Below are positions 29,910 through 38,295 of a stretch of 64,000 bases of DNA, piece after piece. The stretch's first letter is position 1. Each line of letters opens with the position of its first letter. A program made the translations under genes and the position numbers. The notes below the pieces were generated by a model. That model worked only from the letters and a program-made list of their open reading frames with translations. It was not told where the DNA came from and ran no database searches. Location of the stretch: contig CAWAIF010000003.1 of assembly GCA_963782055.1 (NCBI GenBank), forward strand, positions 3,584,001 through 3,648,000. Reading direction: 5' to 3'. Origin of the DNA: an uncultured delta proteobacterium (GTDB taxonomy: Bacteria; Myxococcota_A; Polyangia; Polyangiales; Polyangiaceae).

Positions 29910-30865
29910 GGGGCTCCTCGGTGCACGATGCGGCGGGCCGCCTGGAGGCCGGTCAGCCCGCCGGCGGCGCCTACCCTGGAAACGGCCTTGGCGCCGAGGA
30001 TATGCCCCACCCGCAGCGCGTCGCCAAATACCTGCGGGTCCCGCCAGGCCGGCGTGCCCGGGCGGGCGTCGCGGCGGACCAGCACCGCGAGCAGGCCAGC
30101 GAGGAAGGCGTCCCCCGCGCCGGTCGCGTCCACGCACCGGGCCGGCCGCGCCGGGGCGCGCGTCTCGCCGTGCGCGCCGCGGGCGATCGCCTCCCCGGGG
30201 CCGTCGGTGATCACCCACGTGGCGTGCGGCGCGCGCGCGAGGAAGCGCCCGCCGCCCAGCGCGGCCAGGTCGGGCCGCGAGCCCTTGATCAGGTCGGCGT
30301 GGCGCGCGAGCCGGGCGATCGCCCGCCGCATCTGCGCGGGCTCCTTCCAGAGGTGCGCGCGCACGTTGAGGTCCACCACGATGCTCGCCCGCTGCGCGCG
30401 TGCCAGCCGCGCCAGCGCGTGCGTCGCCTTCGCGAGGCCCGGGTGCACCAGGGTGCTGGTGCCGAACAGCACCCAGCGCGCCCGCGCCATCGCCGGGCGC
30501 AGGTGGGACGCGCGCACGCTCATGTCCGCGGTCTGGTGGCGGTAAAAGAGGAAGCTCGGCTCCCCGCGCGCGTCGCGCCGCACGAAGGCCAAGCCGGTGC
30601 GCTCGGGGAGCTGGACCAGCAGCGACGAAGCCACGCCCTCGGCGCGCAGCCGCACCGCCAGCGCCTCGCCGAAGGCGTCGCGGCCGACGCCCCCGACCAC
30701 CGCCGAGCCCACGCCGAGCCGCGCCAGGCCCACCGCGACGTTGGCCGGCGCGCCCCCCAGCTCGCGCCGGAAGACCCGCGCGATGGGCTCGCCCGCCACG
30801 CGCGGGCCAGCCTCGAAGACGTCCCAGAGGATCTCGCCGAAGCAGATGACGTCGGGGCGGCTCAT
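29906..30865 (-). CDS. PfkB family carbohydrate kinase
   Basis: GEILWD, GGAPANVA and DATGAGDAF. Confidence 0.92.
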   Translation of the reverse strand: MSRPDVICFGEILWDVFEAGPRVAGEPIARVFRRELGGAPANVAVGLARLGVGSAVVGGVGRDAFGEALAVRLRAEGVASSLLVQLPERTGLAFVRRDARGEPSFLFYRHQTADMSVRASHLRPAMARARWVLFGTSTLVHPGLAKATHALARLARAQRASIVVDLNVRAHLWKEPAQMRRAIARLARHADLIKGSRPDLAALGGGRFLARAPHATWVITDGPGEAIARGAHGETRAPARPARCVDATGAGDAFLAGLLAVLVRRDARPGTPAWRDPQVFGDALRVGHILGAKAVSRVGAAGGLTGLQAARRIVHRGAP

Positions 30866-31566
30866 GCGCGGCCGGTGGAGGGGTCGAAGCCGGCGTGGGC
30901 GGCCATCGCCGCGTCCACGAGGGCGATCATCGCGTCGGCCTGCGACGAGGTGAGCTCCCCCCCCTCCCCGGCTTGCAGCCGCACCGCCATCGCGCGCAGC
31001 TCGGCCGAGACCACGCGTCCCGCGCCGCCGCATGCCCGACAGACCAGGCCCCCGCGCGCCGGATCGAAGGCCCCTGGTCGGTCCTGCGGGCAGGGCTTGC
31101 CGCAGCGCACGCAGCGCTCGAACTCCAGGGCGTAGCCCACGTCGGACAGGAGCCGCAGGCTCGCCGCCGCCAGCTCACGGCGTGGATCGGTCGATGGGTC
31201 GTCCAGGGCGTCCAGGAAGGCGACCAGCGTCGCGTACGCCGAGGGCTCCGGCGTCCGCGGCGGGCAGAGGTGGCGCACCCACCGCAGGGCGACGCCGGCG
31301 GCCTCCACCGCCTCCAGCCTCCCGAGGATGCCCGCCCGCACGCGCACAATCTCCGCCTCGCGCAGGGGCGAGACCTCCCCGCCCTGGTCGTCGTAGGCGA
31401 GGCGCACGGTGTGGAAGGGCTCCATCGCCCCGCCGACCCGCCTGGCGCCGCGCCGCGCGCCGCGCACCATGAGCGCGACCTTGCCCTCCGCCAGCGTGAG
31501 CGCGGTGGCCACCACGTCGCTCTCGCCGTACGGCACCGTGCGGACCATGAGCGCGTCCGTCTGCAC
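30862..31566 (-). CDS. recO: DNA repair protein RecO
   Basis: YGESD, VRGAR and the CVRC...CRAC zinc motif. Confidence 0.9.
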   Translation of the reverse strand: MQTDALMVRTVPYGESDVVATALTLAEGKVALMVRGARRGARRVGGAMEPFHTVRLAYDDQGGEVSPLREAEIVRVRAGILGRLEAVEAAGVALRWVRHLCPPRTPEPSAYATLVAFLDALDDPSTDPRRELAAASLRLLSDVGYALEFERCVRCGKPCPQDRPGAFDPARGGLVCRACGGAGRVVSAELRAMAVRLQAGEGGELTSSQADAMIALVDAAMAAHAGFDPSTGRA

Positions 31567-31586
31567 GCGCCGCGCGGCCTTGCGGG

Positions 31587-32045
31587 CTAGACGAGGCGCG
31601 GCGCGTCCCCGGCGTGCTGCATCGTCTGCTGCATGCTGAGCTCCGCCGGCATGTCGTGACCGCGCGGCTTGAGCACGATGCTGAGCGCCAGGGTGAAGAG
31701 GATCAGCAAGAGCACGAAGGCGATGGCGACGCCCACGCGCTTGCCGCTCTGCCGGACGGCGGTGACCGGCGAGGCGACCGGCAGCGGCGTGGCGATGACC
31801 ACGCGCCGGCTGGAGGTGTAGCGGGCCAGCGCCTCGGCCGGCGCCACGCCCACCGACTGCGCGTACGACTTGAGGAAGCCGCGGACGAACACCTCGCCCG
31901 GCAGATCGTCGAACTGGTCCGCCTCGATGGACGCGAGCGTCACCACCGGGATGCGCGTCACGCGCGAGACCTCGGCCAGGCTCATCTGCCGGTCCACGCG
32001 GTGTCGCTTGAGGAAGTTGCCAACCGATTCGATCGTCACATCCAC
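31587..32045 (-). CDS. RodZ-like HTH membrane protein
   Basis: LPGEVFVRGFLKSYA and a single transmembrane helix. Confidence 0.85.
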   Translation of the reverse strand: MDVTIESVGNFLKRHRVDRQMSLAEVSRVTRIPVVTLASIEADQFDDLPGEVFVRGFLKSYAQSVGVAPAEALARYTSSRRVVIATPLPVASPVTAVRQSGKRVGVAIAFVLLLILFTLALSIVLKPRGHDMPAELSMQQTMQHAGDAPRLV

Positions 32046-32067
32046 CTCCGAGTGGAAGGCATGCCGC

Positions 32068-32913
32068 TCATGGCGCCGCCGGGGCCGGCGCCGCGTCCGG
32101 CTTGGAGCACCCCGCGCCGACGAGCATCGTCGCGCAGGTCTTGCCGGCCGGGGTGTCCACCGAGATGTCCCGGCAGCGAATGAGGTCGTTGCAGGCGTCG
32201 GCGTGCTTGCCCAGCTTCAGGCGAACCTTGCCGCGCTCCTGCCAGGCGTCCTGCAGGTTCTGGCAGTCGGTGCTGTCCACCTCGACGGCCTGCGAGAAGT
32301 TCGCCTCCGCCTGGGCGAGGTCGCGCTTCTTCTCGAAGGCCATCCCCAGCCGGTAGAAGCCCACGCAGAACTTGGGCTGGGTGACCGCGTTGCGCAGCGA
32401 GGTGATCCCGGCGTCGACCTGGCCGTCCAGCACCTGCGCCCAGCCGAGGTTGCCCCAGGCCAGGTAGCTGGCGTTGTACGACGGGTCGGTGACGAGGGGC
32501 TGCAGCACGGCGATCGCGTCCTTGTATTTCTCTTCCAGGATCAGCACTTGGCCGAGAAGGTTTCGAGCATCGCGGAAGGTCGGGTCTTTGTCGAGCGCTT
32601 TGCGGGCGTAGGATTCGGCCTGCGCCATCCGGCAATCGGGGGACTGCAGCCCCTGATTTCCGGAGCAAAACCAAAGGTATAGCGTCGAAGTGAAATAAAG
32701 AGCTTTCGCGTTGTCCCCGTTCAGATCGACCGCCTTCAGGCCGTGATCCAGGGCCGCCCGGGGCTGCCCCTTGTAGAAGTAATCGCGGGCGAGATCGTAC
32801 TCGGCGTCGGACTGGCGCTCCGGGCTCTGGGCGCCGGGTGTGTTGCCGGTGCCGCATCCGATCGCGACGGCGGTCAGCGCGGTGCCGAGCAAGCGACGGA
32901 CGGTCGGGGACAT
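32068..32913 (-). CDS. tgl: TPR lipoprotein, Tgl/PilF-like secretin pilotin
   Basis: Lipobox AIGC, TPR repeats (NLLG, WGNLGW, PKFCVG) and paired Cys; upstream of a RodZ-like gene and recO. Confidence 0.75.
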   Translation of the reverse strand: MSPTVRRLLGTALTAVAIGCGTGNTPGAQSPERQSDAEYDLARDYFYKGQPRAALDHGLKAVDLNGDNAKALYFTSTLYLWFCSGNQGLQSPDCRMAQAESYARKALDKDPTFRDARNLLGQVLILEEKYKDAIAVLQPLVTDPSYNASYLAWGNLGWAQVLDGQVDAGITSLRNAVTQPKFCVGFYRLGMAFEKKRDLAQAEANFSQAVEVDSTDCQNLQDAWQERGKVRLKLGKHADACNDLIRCRDISVDTPAGKTCATMLVGAGCSKPDAAPAPAAP

Positions 32914-33041
32914 TGGGCAAGTCGGACGGCGGGGACCCGTCCGAGGCCGAGTCCGTAGCGCAGGCCGCCCGCCACCGTCAACCCTCGTGGCCCGGCGTGG
33001 CCGCGGGTGGACCGTACGCCCCAGGACCGCGGTCCCCTCCC

Positions 33042-33743
33042 CTACATGGCTTCTTCGCCGCGGAGCTCGTCCTTCGTGCCCATGAGGACGTAGAGCCTGC
33101 GCATCGCGTCCAGGTCGGGCAGCTCGATCTTCTCGCCGGTGATGCGCAGGTAGCCCTGATCCCGGAGGCGCTGCACGCCGCGCTTGACCGTGTCCACGTC
33201 CAGGCCGACGCGGCTGGAGAGCTCCACGGGGGAGACGGAGATCTCCGCCGCCACACCCTCGCCGTCCGCGCCCGCGCGCTGCGCCAGCTTGAGCAGGGCG
33301 CTGACGATCTTGAACTGGGTGTCGCGCAGCAGCATGATCTCGATCTGGTCCTCGGCGTCGCGCACGCGGCCGATGAGCTGCTCCATCACGCGGATGGCGA
33401 CGGCGGGGTAGTTGACCAGCAGCGACCGGAAGGTCATGCGGTCGAGGGCGAGGGCCACGCCGTCGGTGAGGGCGACGGCGGTGGAGTTGCGCGCGGCGGC
33501 GTCGAGCAGCGCGGACTCCCCGAAGAGATCGCCCGGCTTCAGCACGATGAGGCTGCGCTCCATCGTCCGCACGCGCTTGAGCAGGCGCACGCGGCCCTCC
33601 TGCAGCAGGTAGGCGTCGCCGGACGGCTCGCCCTCCTTGAAGAGGGTCTCGCCCGCCACGAAGGCCCGGCCGTAGCGGGCGGTGAGCCGGGCGTGCTCGG
33701 CGGTGCCGATCTCGACATCTTCGTCACGGGGAGCGTCGGTCAT
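33042..33743 (-). CDS. Crp/Fnr family transcriptional regulator
   Basis: cNMP domain (FGE.ALL...RNSTA) and C-terminal HTH; no FNR-type Cys cluster. Confidence 0.9.
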   Translation of the reverse strand: MTDAPRDEDVEIGTAEHARLTARYGRAFVAGETLFKEGEPSGDAYLLQEGRVRLLKRVRTMERSLIVLKPGDLFGESALLDAAARNSTAVALTDGVALALDRMTFRSLLVNYPAVAIRVMEQLIGRVRDAEDQIEIMLLRDTQFKIVSALLKLAQRAGADGEGVAAEISVSPVELSSRVGLDVDTVKRGVQRLRDQGYLRITGEKIELPDLDAMRRLYVLMGTKDELRGEEAM

Positions 33744-33783
33744 GTCGGCGTGCCCAACAGACGTACCAGAAAGCCCTTGCGCC

Positions 33784-34371
33784 CTAAAGCGTTCCCTTCG
33801 TCGACGGAACGCCCCGCGCCCGCGGGTCCACTCGCGTCGCCGCGGCGAGCGACTTGGCGAACGCCTTGAAGCAGATCTCCACGATGTGGTGCAGGTTGCG
33901 GCCGGCGTGCAGGACGACGTGCAGGTTGCACTGCGCGCCGCGGGCGAAGCCCTCGAAGAAGACCTCGGTGAGCTCGCTGTCCCAGGTGCCCAGCTTGGCC
34001 TTGGGGAGCGGCACCTCCCAGACGAAGAAGGTGCGACCGGAGAGGTCGAGCGCGACCGTGGCGCGCGCCTCGTCCATCGGCAGGGTCGCCCAGCCGTAGC
34101 GGGCGATCCCCGCCTTGTCGCCGAGCGCCTGCGCCACCGCCTGCCCCAGCACGATCGCCAGGTCCTCCGTCGTGTGGTGGCCGTCGATCTCCACGTCCCC
34201 CTCGGCGCGGACGGTGAGGTCGACGAGGCCGTGCCGGCCGACCTGCTCGACCATGTGCGAGAGGAAGGGCAAGGGCGTCTGGACGTCGACCTTGCCGGTG
34301 CCGTCGAGGTCCAGCGTCACCTCGATGCGCGTTTCCTTCGTGGTGCGGGAGACTGTCGCGACGCGACCCAT
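33784..34371 (-). CDS. hisB: Imidazoleglycerol-phosphate dehydratase
   Basis: RTTKET, IDGHHTTED, PMDEA and NLHHIVE. Confidence 0.96.
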   Translation of the reverse strand: MGRVATVSRTTKETRIEVTLDLDGTGKVDVQTPLPFLSHMVEQVGRHGLVDLTVRAEGDVEIDGHHTTEDLAIVLGQAVAQALGDKAGIARYGWATLPMDEARATVALDLSGRTFFVWEVPLPKAKLGTWDSELTEVFFEGFARGAQCNLHVVLHAGRNLHHIVEICFKAFAKSLAAATRVDPRARGVPSTKGTL

Positions 34372-34419
34372 GGAGGACGAAGTAGACCACGCGCGCGGGC
34401 GCGAGGCCAAACGGGCGCG

Positions 34420-35124
34420 TTACTTCGTCGCCAGGCTGTCCAGCAGGGTGTCGAGCTCCGCGCGGGCGGCGGTGACGCTCTTCTGCGGGCCGGTCATCTT
34501 GAAGAAGTGCGGCATGCCGGGCGTCTCGACGATGGCGCCGAGGAGCTGCCAGTTTTGCTCGGCGCCGCCGCTCATGCCACCGCCGAAGGTGCCCTCGACG
34601 CTGACCACGGTGACGTTCAGTCCCTTGACGGTGCGCTTGGTGACCATCGACTTCTTCTCGCCCTGGAACTGGTCGATCCAGCGCTGCACGTTGGCGTCCA
34701 CGCCGCCGCCGGCCTGGGTGACCGACAGCTCGGGGTCCGAGGTGTCGCCGGGGGCGTGCGGGATGCGGTAGGTCGCCAGGCGCATCGGGCTGGGGTTGGG
34801 TACCTTCTGCCAGCGCGCGGGCGCCGTCCACGTCAGGTTGCTCTCCGCCGCGGGCGGAGCCGTCATGCCGGCGGCGCCCATGCCCGCCGCGCCGCCCATG
34901 TCCCCGATCGGCGGGTGTCCAGGGGGTAGGTCGCCGGTCATCCCGCCGCCCATGTCCTCGTTGGGCTGGGGGTCCGCCGCCTGGTTGGCCACCGGCTCCG
35001 CTGCCCGGGCGACGGCCTCGGGCGTGGAGCGGTAAGCCTGACCGGCGGCGAAGGCCCCCGCGCCCACGATCGCCGCGACGATGACGACCGTGGGCAGACC
35101 GACCTTGACGTCTGCAAAGCTCAA
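34420..35124 (-). CDS. Membrane-anchored hypothetical protein (LPPGHPP linker plus PsbP/Mog1-like domain)
   Basis: N-terminal transmembrane helix; WTAPARW..MRLATY...GGVDANVQRWIDQF...FFKMTGP. Confidence 0.7.
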   Translation of the reverse strand: MSFADVKVGLPTVVIVAAIVGAGAFAAGQAYRSTPEAVARAAEPVANQAADPQPNEDMGGGMTGDLPPGHPPIGDMGGAAGMGAAGMTAPPAAESNLTWTAPARWQKVPNPSPMRLATYRIPHAPGDTSDPELSVTQAGGGVDANVQRWIDQFQGEKKSMVTKRTVKGLNVTVVSVEGTFGGGMSGGAEQNWQLLGAIVETPGMPHFFKMTGPQKSVTAARAELDTLLDSLATK

Positions 35125-35134
35125 GCTGTTCTTC

Positions 35135-36436
35135 TCACTGGGGTCGGCTGGGGAGGCTGCTGGGATCGGAGCCCTTGAGGGTCACGATGGAGTCCCAGAG
35201 CAGCTGCTTGGTGTAGGTGGGGTTGTGCACCCCGAAGTCGCCGCCGTGGGCGACCAGGAGGAAGTTGTATAGCGCGCCGGCGTGGGGTCCGTCGATGCTC
35301 AGGTTGCTCCCGTTGGTGCCGCTGCCCGCGCGCACCTTGTCCAGGGCGAACTGCCCGTCGGCCAGCTCATCCGGCTGCAAGGGGAGGTTCGGCTTGGTGG
35401 TGGAACGGGTGAGGTAGCCGGCGTCGTTGAGCAGGCCCTGGAGCTCGAAGAGCCCGTCGCGCACCAGCGACTGGCCGCCCTGAACGTCGTAGTTGGTGCC
35501 CTGGTAGGTGGTGTGGCAGGTCTTGCAGAAGGAGACCTTGGGCACCAGCGAGTGATCCGGCACGTTGGCGTTGTCGGGGTTGGGGCCCATGTGACAGCTG
35601 ACGCACGCGTTGGCGATCGTCATGTGGGTGGAGGTGCCGTACTTCATGCCGGCGAACTCGTAGCCACCCTTGCCGCTGTAGATGTCGCTCTGCGGCCCCT
35701 CGTGCGGGCCCCAGTAGGGGCTGGAAAGGACGTTGCCCGTCGCGGTGACGTAGGCGGTCACGTCCTTGCGCGACTTGTGGCAGAAGACGCAGACGTTGGC
35801 GGCCTTGAGGCTGATCGTCTGCCCTACGCCCGCCCCGCCGTCGGGGCTCTTCTCCAGGTAGACGACGTCGTTGGGACCGCCGGGGACGCGGATGGGCGCC
35901 GAGCCGGCGACGTACTTGCCGGTGACGTGCGGGTCGTTGGTGGAGTTGAAGTCGTGGCAGGTGGTGCAGTGGATCAGGCCGATGGTGCTCGAGCCGCCGT
36001 AGCCGATCTCGGTGACCTTGCCGTTGTTGGCGAGGAAGTTGGTGTGCCCCTTCGGCACGTCCACCGGCGTGCCGGCGTCGTCCGCGATGGAGTACATGTT
36101 GGCGACACGTTGCTGGATGCCATCCACCGCGTGGCAGTTGCCGCACGCCTCGCCGGGGGTGACCTCGCTCTCCTGCGGGTGCGAGTGCGCGCTCAGCTTC
36201 CACTCGTCGACGACGCCGCCGAAGGTGTGGCAGGGCGCAGTGCACGCGCCGCCGCCCGCGTCGGGGATCGTCGTCGGGCCGGCCGGACCCTCGGGGCCCG
36301 CCGGGCCTGTCGGGCCTGCGGCGCCGATCATGCCGGCCGCTCCCGGATCTCCCTTGTCGCCCGTGCAAGCGACCACAAGACCGACAGACATGATGGTGGC
36401 AAAGAAAGCGGTGAAGAGGGAGCGAGGGCGGGTCAT
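35135..36436 (-). CDS. Hexaheme cytochrome c lipoprotein with collagen-like stalk
   Basis: Lipobox VVAC; Gly-X-Y run; CTAPCH, CGNCH, CTTCH, CVFCH, CVSCH, CKTCH; PHEGPQ and GVHNP..LL.DSI motifs. Confidence 0.88.
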   Translation of the reverse strand: MTRPRSLFTAFFATIMSVGLVVACTGDKGDPGAAGMIGAAGPTGPAGPEGPAGPTTIPDAGGGACTAPCHTFGGVVDEWKLSAHSHPQESEVTPGEACGNCHAVDGIQQRVANMYSIADDAGTPVDVPKGHTNFLANNGKVTEIGYGGSSTIGLIHCTTCHDFNSTNDPHVTGKYVAGSAPIRVPGGPNDVVYLEKSPDGGAGVGQTISLKAANVCVFCHKSRKDVTAYVTATGNVLSSPYWGPHEGPQSDIYSGKGGYEFAGMKYGTSTHMTIANACVSCHMGPNPDNANVPDHSLVPKVSFCKTCHTTYQGTNYDVQGGQSLVRDGLFELQGLLNDAGYLTRSTTKPNLPLQPDELADGQFALDKVRAGSGTNGSNLSIDGPHAGALYNFLLVAHGGDFGVHNPTYTKQLLWDSIVTLKGSDPSSLPSRPQ

Positions 36437-36646
36437 GGGAGTCCTTCCTACTGGCGAGTTCGGTGGTGGATGCGAGGCCACGCCCCTGACGTCGCATGGG
36501 AACTGGTCGTCGACGCCCCCGAAGACTGGGCGGGCGGGCCTGCAGACGGTTGCCAGACCGGCTGCCTCGCCCCCGAAGACCACCTAAGCAGAGGTCATGC
36601 CGACGTGATAGAAGCGCAAAGGTGAGTATGGCAAGGCGAAACGCAC

Positions 36647-36678
36647 TGCAGACCGCGCGCCACGGCGAATACTTTGCA
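36647..36678. promoter_or_regulatory. Two back-to-back candidate sigma54 (-24/-12) promoters
   Basis: Minus 36647-36662 reads TGGCGCG-CGGT-CTGCA; plus 36663-36678 reads CGGCGAA-TACT-TTGCA; both are GG-N10-GC. Confidence 0.4.
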
Positions 36679-36743
36679 GGCGTCCCCTGCCGACTCGTGG
36701 TGACAACGGTGCGTCGGCCGGCGGGATGCATGTCGGGACGGCC

Positions 36744-38282
36744 ATGAGGGTGCTGGAACGGTGGAACGTGCGAGCGCTGGTGGCCCTCACGGCGGCCCTG
36801 TCCTGCTGCAGCGAGGCGCGGGACGACACCGGTCTGCCGCCCACCTACCACGGCAGCGTGGCGACGATCCTGGACGCCAGGTGCGCGAGCTGCCACTCCG
36901 GCGCTGCTCCCGCGGGCGGGTGGCGCGCGGACACCTACCTGGGGGCGATCGGGTGCACGGCGGACGGGACGCCGGCGATTGGACCCGGGCCAGTACCCAT
37001 CCTGACCGCGCTGGACCGGCCCGACCACGCCGGCTTCGCGACTGCGGACGAGCGCGACGAGCTCGCCCGATGGATCGCCGCCGGTGCGCCCAGCATCCGG
37101 AGCGGGACGCACGACGCCTCCTTCGCCGACCCTCGCTCGCCCGACAGCCACGGCCGCTTCCTGCGCGCGATGCGCTGGCGGCCGATGCTCGACCCGAAGG
37201 ACCCCGACGCGTGTGGCAAGTGCCACGACGGCGCGCCCACGCGACCGGCGGGCGCGCAGGGCTTCGCCCCCGGCGCCACGCCCTGCACCACCTGCCACAC
37301 TGACCCCGGCGGCGCGCTCGCGTGCAGCACGTGCCACGGCTCCCCCGGCAAGGCCTCCCCCCCGCGCGACAAGTGCTTCTTCCCCGATGACCCTCCGGAC
37401 GTCATCCACCCCGCGCACACAGGGCCGAGCCCGTCGAACGCGGGCGGCCTCCCCTGCTCCACCTGCCACCCGCAGCCGGCGCAGGGCCAGTTCGACGGCA
37501 CGCACGGCGATGGCCACGTGGAGGTCTGGTTCGACTACGCGGTAGCCGGCAACCAGGCGCACTTCGACGAGACCACCAAGCAGTGCACCGGCACCTGCCA
37601 CGACAAGGGCGGCGCGCGTCCCGGCCCCTCCTGGACCGAGACGACACCGATGACCTGCAACGACTGCCACACGTCGCCGCCGGCCAACCACTACGCGGGC
37701 GCGTGCACCTCCTGCCACAAGGAGGCGAACGCCACGGGCACGGCGCTCGTGGACCCGCACCTGCACGTCAACGGCAAGGTGGATCTGGGCGACGGCAGCG
37801 GCAAGTGCGGGGCGTGCCATGGCGCCGGTGACCGCCCCTGGCCGTCGACAGGCGCGCACCTGGCGCACCTGCTGCCCAAGTTCGCGGCGCCAGTGTCGTG
37901 CGACACCTGCCACCCGGTGCCGGGCGCGGGGGACAAGCACCCACTCGGACTCGGCGCCCCCATCGTGCGGCTGGTGGGCCTGGCGACGGCCGGCGCCCGC
38001 CACCCGACCTACGATCCGCAGACCAAGACTTGTGCGGACACCTACTGCCACGCGGGCCCCGGCGCGAGCGTGCCCGCGCCCAAGTGGACCGACGGGCCGA
38101 AGGCGATCACCTGCGGCGGGTGCCACGCCATCCCGCCGAGCGCCCCGCACTCGACGGGCACCAACTGCAGCACCACCACGTGCCACCAGGGATCGACGAC
38201 GCTGATCGCCAGCGGACCCGTGCTCACGCCTGCGGGCGCGAAGGTCCACGTGAACGGGGTGATCGACCGGCAGGTGCCCTAG
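36744..38282 (+). CDS. 13-heme CxxxxCH/CxxCH-type cytochrome lipoprotein
   Basis: Lipobox-like ALSCC; 10 CxxCH, 1 CX3CH (CTGTCH) and 2 CX4CH (CADTYCH, CSTTTCH); HxNG/HxDG repeats and P.W...C..CH pairs. Confidence 0.9.
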   Translation: MRVLERWNVRALVALTAALSCCSEARDDTGLPPTYHGSVATILDARCASCHSGAAPAGGWRADTYLGAIGCTADGTPAIGPGPVPILTALDRPDHAGFATADERDELARWIAAGAPSIRSGTHDASFADPRSPDSHGRFLRAMRWRPMLDPKDPDACGKCHDGAPTRPAGAQGFAPGATPCTTCHTDPGGALACSTCHGSPGKASPPRDKCFFPDDPPDVIHPAHTGPSPSNAGGLPCSTCHPQPAQGQFDGTHGDGHVEVWFDYAVAGNQAHFDETTKQCTGTCHDKGGARPGPSWTETTPMTCNDCHTSPPANHYAGACTSCHKEANATGTALVDPHLHVNGKVDLGDGSGKCGACHGAGDRPWPSTGAHLAHLLPKFAAPVSCDTCHPVPGAGDKHPLGLGAPIVRLVGLATAGARHPTYDPQTKTCADTYCHAGPGASVPAPKWTDGPKAITCGGCHAIPPSAPHSTGTNCSTTTCHQGSTTLIASGPVLTPAGAKVHVNGVIDRQVP

Positions 38283-38295
38283 GGGCGTTCCGCGG

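Noticed and set aside
33784..34371. Isolated hisB (and trpF at 56239) outside their operons
   Set aside because: Scattered amino-acid biosynthesis genes are ordinary in this group.
36541..36555. TGGCAACCGTCTGCA (minus strand) as a sigma54 promoter
   Set aside because: Spacing is GG-N9-GC, one base short of the strict requirement.
35367..38249. 960-aa minus-strand ORF spanning two cytochrome genes
   Set aside because: Alternate-frame/antisense shadow of genes that have clear heme motifs.
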